This document shows, one piece after another, positions 52,758 through 58,058 of a stretch of DNA of 58,058 nucleotides (positions are counted from its first letter, which is position 1; each line of letters starts with the position of its first letter). The notes beneath the pieces are model-generated. The model saw only the letters and a program-made list of their open reading frames with translations, had not been told where the DNA came from and did not search any database. This stretch comes from Patescibacteria group bacterium (lineage in GTDB: Bacteria; Patescibacteriota; WWE3; JAMCXX01; JBBTUG01), in the NCBI GenBank assembly GCA_038063895.1, contig JBBTUG010000004.1, forward strand, positions 1 through 58,058. Reading direction: 5' to 3'. Made by a program: the position numbers and the translations under genes.

Positions 52758-54618
52758 CTTTTGGCGCGACCGTTCCGGGAATTTCAAAACTCGCTTTCTC
52801 CTCTGCTCTCTGTTTTTCATCAGCCGCTTTTTTGGCCATTATTTCCGCCGGCTTCGTGGTAACTAAAGTGTGCTCATCGGGCGAGGCAACAACTTCGATG
52901 GCGACGTGGTTCGGGCCGGCAAAGAATAAACCTTCCCCGACACGGGCCGAAAGAAGTAAGCGTTTTTCCCCTTCGGATAGATTGAACGCTTTCGCGACCG
53001 CTTCAATTGCCGCCGGGTGCTGTTTAAAAAGAATCTGGATGGAGGAGTTGGTGACAATGGCTTTGCCGAAATCGGAGTTAAGAAAATCTTCCACGTCCTG
53101 GGTAATGGTGGTTAAGCCCAAATAATATTTCCGGGCGCGTTTGGCTATCGAGTAAATAAAAGTGGCCGAATCGGGGTAGCGCATTAAGTACCACGCTTCA
53201 TCAATAATCAGCAGCCGCCGGCGCATATCCCGCTTTACCCGGGTCCAGATAAAATCCAGAATGATGAACATCGCCACCGGCCGCAATTGGTCCTCTAAGT
53301 CGCGGATGGAGAAAACCGTAAAGGTATTGTGGATGTCGATGTTTGACTGCTGATCGAAAATCCCCGCCAGTGACCCTTTCACGTAACGTTCCAGCCGGTC
53401 AGCCAGTCCCCGGGCCTCCTTCTCCTCCATCCCCAGTAAGACTTTATAAAGGTCTTCCATAATCGGGGGTTCGTTCCGTTGCGTGGTCGGATCCGGAGTT
53501 ATTCCCTTCATTTTGTAGGTGGCGAGTAGGGCCCGATCCAGCATCGCTTCCTCCGTCGCGGTTATCGGCCCGAAAATAATTTTAAACAGCGCATGCAGGG
53601 ATTGGAGTTTTAGCCCCAGTTCGTTTTCCCCTTCTTCGTAAATTCCGGACAGGTCAAACGGATTAATCCGCAGCGATTCATTAATGGAGAAACTGAGATA
53701 TTCACCGCCGATGGCCTCCGCCAAAACTTTGTACTCCGCTTCGGGGTCAACCACGATGATCTCCGTGCCGAACATTAAGGACCGTAGGGCTTCGAGCTTA
53801 ATCGCGTAGGATTTGCCGCTGCCTGATTTGGCGAAGATAACGGCGTTGGCGTTTTCCAATGAAAAGCGGTCGAAGATGACGAGTGAGCCGTTGTTCAGAT
53901 TAATGCCGTAGAGGACCCCCTCGTTGGCCGTCAGTTCGGACGAGGTGAACGGGAAGGTGGTTGCCAGCGAGGTAGTATCCATATTCCGGGAGATATAAAG
54001 GCGGTCGTTGCCTAAAGGAATGGTTGATTTAAAAGCGTCTTCCATTTGCAGAGTTGCGTGCTTGGAGATAATCAGCAGTCCGCCGAGAGTGGCCTCGACC
54101 CGTTTCGTCACTTCGTTCAGCTCCTCCAAAGACCGAGCCGGGATCGTAATGTAAAACGTGAATTGGAAGAAGCGCTCGACTCCTTTCACCAACTGTTCCT
54201 GCAGGGAGCGGGCATCCTCGAGCGCGGCCTTGACGGAAGGATCTAGGACCTTGCCTTTTCGCATATCCTCGTCAATTGTTGCTTCCATCTCGGCGATTTT
54301 TCTTTTTAAATCATCCAAAATAGTGTGGGCGCCGACGGGATAGTAGTACATCGACAGGTCCAGCGAGTGGTCGAAGTTAATGATTGGGGAAAGCCAGTTG
54401 GCGCCGACGAAACGCGGGTAGCCGGCGATAAACAGCGTCCGGAAATAACTTTCGCCGATTTTTAAGTAGTCAAAATCAACCTCCAGCGCGGCCGGAGCGA
54501 TAATATCCTTCACGCTGGTTAAGCCTTGCGCGAATTGATTAACTTCGTGGGCAGTGGCCGCCGAAGGCGCCCCTTGTTTGTCGGCCGCCGGATTTTTTTT
54601 ATTTCCAAAAATTGACAT
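52714..54618 (-). CDS. virB4: VirB4/TrbE-like type IV secretion ATPase (middle + ATPase domains)
   Basis: IAPAALEVDFDYLKIGESYFRTLFIAGYPRFVGANWL (Gram-positive VirB4 middle region), Walker A (AKSGSGKSY), and Walker B (RLLIIDEAW). I chose the ATG at 54618 (GGGAG SD) just after the upstream stop. The 3' end overlaps gap by 44 nt. Confidence 0.8.
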   Translation of the reverse strand: MSIFGNKKNPAADKQGAPSAATAHEVNQFAQGLTSVKDIIAPAALEVDFDYLKIGESYFRTLFIAGYPRFVGANWLSPIINFDHSLDLSMYYYPVGAHTILDDLKRKIAEMEATIDEDMRKGKVLDPSVKAALEDARSLQEQLVKGVERFFQFTFYITIPARSLEELNEVTKRVEATLGGLLIISKHATLQMEDAFKSTIPLGNDRLYISRNMDTTSLATTFPFTSSELTANEGVLYGINLNNGSLVIFDRFSLENANAVIFAKSGSGKSYAIKLEALRSLMFGTEIIVVDPEAEYKVLAEAIGGEYLSFSINESLRINPFDLSGIYEEGENELGLKLQSLHALFKIIFGPITATEEAMLDRALLATYKMKGITPDPTTQRNEPPIMEDLYKVLLGMEEKEARGLADRLERYVKGSLAGIFDQQSNIDIHNTFTVFSIRDLEDQLRPVAMFIILDFIWTRVKRDMRRRLLIIDEAWYLMRYPDSATFIYSIAKRARKYYLGLTTITQDVEDFLNSDFGKAIVTNSSIQILFKQHPAAIEAVAKAFNLSEGEKRLLLSARVGEGLFFAGPNHVAIEVVASPDEHTLVTTKPAEIMAKKAADEKQRAEEKASFEIPGTVAPKVTEPQPAPPAQPAG

Positions 54619-54625
54619 GTTCTTT

Positions 54626-55309
54626 CTAACTCCCGACTGACGGCTCAATAAAATACGACGTGTATTCGGCGGCGGCGATCCGGAACTTTTGCTCCCGGGA
54701 GGAATCGGGGTTGTAAATGTCGTAGAAAAGTTCGACCAGTTCTTGGGTTGTGAGTTGCCGGGCCTTAAGTCCCACCTGGTTGATTTGGGAGATTGTCTGT
54801 TCTTTTTTCGGTTTTAACTGAATTTTCGCTTTGGCCAAAACCTCCTTGACGTTAAAATGCACGGCGGAAGGTTTGCCTAAAATTAAAGCGAGCGGATCGA
54901 AAGCGGGGGCCGTTATCGTGATTTCCTGGTAGGGCAGAACGATGTAGAAACGTTTGTCCAGAACTTCATTTTTCGAAATCAGCTCAGTAATGTATTTGCG
55001 GTAGCTCTTAATTTTATCCTTCAAAAAAGGGTTAGTCTGTTTTCCTTCCATCTCCATCAGCCGGTCAAGGTAGATCGTAATATCCATTTTTTTCGTCCGG
55101 ATAACTACCTGGATCGGGAAAGAGAGTGAATTCAAGAAGTGGCCGTAGGAGGCAATCATCGCATCCTGCTCCATTTCTGACAGCAGGTCAAAGTTAAAGG
55201 AAGTCGTCTCTAAAACCATTACGACGGCGGCGTTTTTTAAAACTACCAAGTCGTCTAAGATGTCTTCAATGTCGAGATGTTCCTGGGTACTGGCTTTAAT
55301 CTCACTCAT
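54626..55309 (-). CDS. VirB4 N-terminal-domain-like protein (split from the ATPase)
   Basis: TQEHLDIEDILDDLVVLKNAAVVMVLETTSFNFDLLSEMEQDAMIASYGHFLNSLSFPIQVVIRTKKMD matches the N-terminal module normally fused to Gram-positive VirB4/TrsE-type ATPases. Confidence 0.45.
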   Translation of the reverse strand: MSEIKASTQEHLDIEDILDDLVVLKNAAVVMVLETTSFNFDLLSEMEQDAMIASYGHFLNSLSFPIQVVIRTKKMDITIYLDRLMEMEGKQTNPFLKDKIKSYRKYITELISKNEVLDKRFYIVLPYQEITITAPAFDPLALILGKPSAVHFNVKEVLAKAKIQLKPKKEQTISQINQVGLKARQLTTQELVELFYDIYNPDSSREQKFRIAAAEYTSYFIEPSVGS

Positions 55310-56955
55310 ACGCTTACCTCGCTGATAAATTCAATCGGTTCCAAAGCCGAGCCGGTGATATTCACGGTTATTATATCAAAAGATTCCTTTTCTTTACTGA
55401 CCGCCACCGAATAGCGCCCATTTGAAAGCGGGGTAGCGATAATAAATTGTCCCAGCCCGTTGGTTTTTAAAGCCCTAACCGGTTCATTATTCTCATCCTT
55501 GACGATGACCACCGCCCCTTCGAGCAACTCGCCATGCCCGTCCTTTACGATCCCGTTGATGACGTTCGGCGCGTCCTTAATCAGCGGCTCGATTTTTGCC
55601 CGCGGCGGGGCTGGAGGCGGGGCGAAACGCTGTTGAAATTCCTGTCCCCGGGCGGCGGAGGCGGAAATGCCGGCGCGCATCTTTTCCAGTTCCGACTGCA
55701 ATATTTTCATTTTCTCCTCCGCCTCGACCTTGTCGCGGGCAAGCTGATTTAGGCGCTGTTCCTGCTCCTTAAACTTTTCGCTGTACTGGACGTTTTTCGT
55801 TGAGACTTCCCCCGCGTAAAGTTTCATCTTGTCCAGATCGGTTTCCGCTTTTTTAATCTCGCCTGCCACCGAACTTTTCTGATTCTGGATTGCGTTTAGG
55901 GTTGCCCGGTAACGGGTATCAATCTCATTCAGCCGGTTTTCCGGCGGCGGGGGCGGGGCTGTGGGGCTTGGAACTCCCTGCAATCCTGTTATCAGCCTCC
56001 CCGTCCGGGTCCGCAGAGGGCTGCCGGCTTTGGCGGTATTGTAAGCGGTTAATACCGGAGCCCTAGTGGGGGGTTTCTCTTTTTTTATTTCGGCCATCCG
56101 CTGATTTAACGCTTCCAGCTGTTTTCTTAGGGCTTCTTCCCGTTCCTGCCGGGTTGGCTCGGGTATCACCGAGGGGGCTTGGGAAACCCTCGGCTTTTCC
56201 GGAGCGTTAAGGCTGACTTCTCCCCGAACCGGTGCAATTCGGTTCTCGACCATCGCCGCCGCGGACAGCTTCCGGCCGACGCGGGTGTTGGTAATCGGCG
56301 CGATATACCCGCTCCCGGTGGGCATAGAAATTATCGGGGCCCTAGCATAAGAAACTTCGGTGGCCAGATTTAGTTCTCCGGTCGGACGACGCATAGTCTC
56401 GTGCGCGGTGTAGACGGGTTTAATCGGGGGCGGAAGATTAGCCGGGGCGGGTCCCCGCAGAGGCTCAAGCCCTAACCGGCGCATAAACTCCAGCTCTTTC
56501 CGGTCTAACTCATTCAATTCTTTTTCCTCGACCGGCTGTTGCAGATGGCGGAGATACTCGGTTAGACGGGCCCGGTCTTTGACCGGGGTGGTTGCTATTG
56601 CGACCGGCCGGTACTCGAAGAAGAAAATGTCCGGCGGGGTGGGAACTTTGAGCCAGACCCGCTGGGTTGGAGAGGTGACGGCGGTCACAAAGTGAATAAC
56701 CCATTTATCGAAAGATTGGTTTTGCATCGGCATAAATGCCGCGGCCAGGCCGAGGAGGGCGATCGTGATACTGACGGGGTAGCGGATAAACGTGGGCGAG
56801 CCGGAACTGTAGAGCAGATAGGCGATAATTCCCGCGACGGCAACGTAAATAAACTGGCGTAGCGTCAGCTCACCGACGAGTTTAAATTCGACGCCGAGGA
56901 CGTTTTGCGGAATCGGATGTTGCTTGTAGGTTGACTGAATAGTATCGTCCGACAT
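55306..56955 (-). CDS. PrgI/VirB3-like membrane protein fused to coiled-coil, Pro-rich and carboxypeptidase-regulatory-like domains
   Basis: N-terminal IPQNVLGVEFKLVGELTLRQFIYVAVAGIIAYLLY (PrgI-like), long coiled coils, and PPPPP tracts. The C-terminal GIVKDGHGELLEGAVVIVKDENNEPVRALKTNGLGQFII is a beta-sandwich motif. Confidence 0.5.
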   Translation of the reverse strand: MSDDTIQSTYKQHPIPQNVLGVEFKLVGELTLRQFIYVAVAGIIAYLLYSSGSPTFIRYPVSITIALLGLAAAFMPMQNQSFDKWVIHFVTAVTSPTQRVWLKVPTPPDIFFFEYRPVAIATTPVKDRARLTEYLRHLQQPVEEKELNELDRKELEFMRRLGLEPLRGPAPANLPPPIKPVYTAHETMRRPTGELNLATEVSYARAPIISMPTGSGYIAPITNTRVGRKLSAAAMVENRIAPVRGEVSLNAPEKPRVSQAPSVIPEPTRQEREEALRKQLEALNQRMAEIKKEKPPTRAPVLTAYNTAKAGSPLRTRTGRLITGLQGVPSPTAPPPPPENRLNEIDTRYRATLNAIQNQKSSVAGEIKKAETDLDKMKLYAGEVSTKNVQYSEKFKEQEQRLNQLARDKVEAEEKMKILQSELEKMRAGISASAARGQEFQQRFAPPPAPPRAKIEPLIKDAPNVINGIVKDGHGELLEGAVVIVKDENNEPVRALKTNGLGQFIIATPLSNGRYSVAVSKEKESFDIITVNITGSALEPIEFISEVSV

Positions 56956-57018
56956 TTGGGCAGTTTCTTTTCTTAGATTAGTTTAACACGGTACGAAAGG
57001 GAGGGGGAATATCAGCTT

Positions 57019-57056
57019 CTAACTGAAACTACTTAAAGCTATAGCCGAAGCTACTT
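57019..57056 (-). repeat. Copy C (inverted orientation) of the GCTATAGC hairpin repeat
   Basis: The minus strand reads agcttcgGCTATAGCtttaaGTAGTTTCAGTTAG. The left arm CACCTGAAAAC overlaps the last codons of the PaaX-like gene. Confidence 0.65.
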
Positions 57057-57062
57057 TCATAG

Positions 57063-57854
57063 CTACTTTGTTTTCAGGTGTCTTCTAAGAAGTTGATACG
57101 CCTTTTTTCCTGGCCAATCGTTCGGAAGCAGAGGGAAAGGCAATTGCGGATCGTCGGCGAGGATGGAATAAAAATCAAAGATCATCTCGGCTTTATCAGT
57201 CTTATTCCGGTGCCGATAGCTTTCGATAAAATTAGAGTATCTCTCGCATAAATCCTCGAGTTGATAAATCCTAGTCAGCAATTCCTTGAGATCTTCCCCG
57301 CCGATATGGCCGTCTTCGCCTAGATTGGAGATAAGGACCTCTCCGTTTAAATTAGCTTTTTCGATAAATTCGCGAAGCACCTCGGTTGGATTGTAGGGAG
57401 TGAGGTAAACACTATCCTGCAGTTTTCCGCAATGAATTTTCAGAAGATGAGAGCGGAGGCGCTCCCGGTCTTTTTTTGATTCCTCTCCGACATCGTAAGT
57501 TACAAGGTAGAGTCGCCCATCCCAAACCCGTCGACTTTCGTAAAACGGGTAAATGCTTTTTAGCCGTTTAATTCCCGCTTCGGTAATCAACGGTTTGTAG
57601 TACACTTCTTCTTTTATGGTTTCCACGAGGCCCTTTTTCTTGAGGCTGAAGAAAGCCCGTTCGATAGTTGAGAAGTTAAGTTCTTTTAAGTCTTGTTGAG
57701 CAGCATAGAAGGCCGAATAGGCGCCTCTCGAGGTTGGCGAATTAACCATTATTTCGAGGCCGAAGTAGAACTGGAAAAGGACCAGATCCGTCGTTCTTTT
57801 TAGCAGCCCATGGCTAAATTTAGCGATCACTTCAGCCGTTTTTTGCTTATCCAC
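57063..57854 (-). CDS. PaaX-like transcriptional regulator (wHTH + Cas2-fold middle domain)
   Basis: N-terminal wHTH-like region, then WDGRLYLVTYDVGEESKKDRERLRSHLLKIHCGKLQDSVYLTP (PaaX/Cas2 ferredoxin-like fold) and a helical C-terminus. GTG start, with TACAAT 7 nt upstream. Confidence 0.55.
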   Translation of the reverse strand: MDKQKTAEVIAKFSHGLLKRTTDLVLFQFYFGLEIMVNSPTSRGAYSAFYAAQQDLKELNFSTIERAFFSLKKKGLVETIKEEVYYKPLITEAGIKRLKSIYPFYESRRVWDGRLYLVTYDVGEESKKDRERLRSHLLKIHCGKLQDSVYLTPYNPTEVLREFIEKANLNGEVLISNLGEDGHIGGEDLKELLTRIYQLEDLCERYSNFIESYRHRNKTDKAEMIFDFYSILADDPQLPFPLLPNDWPGKKAYQLLRRHLKTK

Positions 57855-57873
57855 TTAACTGATTGTATGAAAT

Positions 57874-57908
57874 AAGCTTCGGCTATAGCAAGGGTAATTT
57901 TCAGTAAT
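57874..57908 (+). repeat. Copy D of the GCTATAGC hairpin repeat, overlapping the PaaX-like gene promoter
   Basis: aagcttcgGCTATAGCaagggtaattttcagtaat. It shares AGCTTCGGCTATAGC with copy C in inverted orientation, so the two flank the PaaX-like gene. Confidence 0.6.
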
Positions 57909-57943
57909 ATTGTTGGGGAAATTGGGAAGTGACGCAGAAATAA

Positions 57944-57987
57944 CACTGAAATTAAAGGAAGCTATAGCAGGAGGTAGTTTCAGTTAG
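57944..57987 (+). repeat. Copy B of the 44-nt hairpin repeat
   Basis: cactgaaattaaaggaaGCTATAGCaggagGTAGTTTCAGTTAg. It has the same length and arms as copy A at 3727-3770. Confidence 0.7.
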
Positions 57988-58058
57988 ATATAGACTGTAC
58001 ATAGGAGGGAGGAACTGGTTTGGAAGGCTATATCCGATAGTCAGAATGGTATAATAGT

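Noticed and set aside
57063-57854. Calling the 263-aa protein a CRISPR-associated Cas2 nuclease.
   Set aside because: The beta-alpha-beta-beta motif (LYLVTYDV..SVYLTP) sits between an N-terminal wHTH-like region and a helical C-terminal domain. That is the PaaX-type regulator layout, and there is no CRISPR array or other cas gene nearby.
57874-58034. Possible CRISPR array next to a Cas2-like ORF. GCTATAGC-containing repeats occur at 57882 and 57961, with a weak third at 58027.
   Set aside because: The units differ substantially from each other and spacing is irregular (79 and 66 nt). One related copy is inverted on the other side of the gene, and another sits 54 kb away. The Cas2-like segment is embedded in a wHTH + PaaX_C-type architecture rather than a stand-alone Cas2, and there is no cas1.

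Overview
This 58-kb window looks like a chromosomal fragment from a small-genome, cell-envelope-focused bacterium. The gene content resembles Patescibacteria/CPR, but that is inference only. About 58 protein genes are supportable. I could not recognise any rRNA, tRNA, CRISPR array, integrase or transposase.

Main blocks:
- 30-3291: two tandem secreted lipase-like hydrolases.
- 3.7-13 kb: a surface-glycan cluster with TPR, an O-antigen-ligase-like protein, a PAP2-like protein, a UbiA-type polyprenyl-phosphate phosphoribosyltransferase, an MraY/WecA-like GT4, GT2 and a GT39/ArnT-like enzyme.
- 13.0-13.5 kb: a RelE/Phd toxin-antitoxin cassette inserted at the 3' end of metG.
- 16-21 kb: a DNA-repair block (rmuC, UvrD-nuclease fusion, nfo).
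- About 23.5-33.5 kb: a GC-richer island, described below.
- 33.6-35.5 kb: RRM protein, uppP, GT2.
- 35.6-40.6 kb: an ArsR-regulated SUF Fe-S operon.
- 40.7-48.1 kb: repair and cell-wall genes (Nudix, HhH glycosylase, EEP nuclease, two FemAB, rsmA, G5/3D, pcrA).
- 48.2-52.8 kb: a LysM/SH3 wall protein, a highly structured 455-nt non-coding gap, trx, an FG-GAP protein and gap.
- 52.7-57.9 kb: a type-IV-secretion-like operon (PrgI-like protein, split VirB4) headed by a PaaX/Cas2-fold regulator and surrounded by a repeated hairpin element.

The most unusual feature is the island at 23.5-33.5 kb. It carries NAD salvage and turnover genes (tandem Nudix-like protein, NadD, PncB, NrtR). Directly downstream is a PP2C / Ser-Thr kinase / vWA triad (YegIKL / TerY-P type) with a PncA-like nicotinamidase embedded in its operon.
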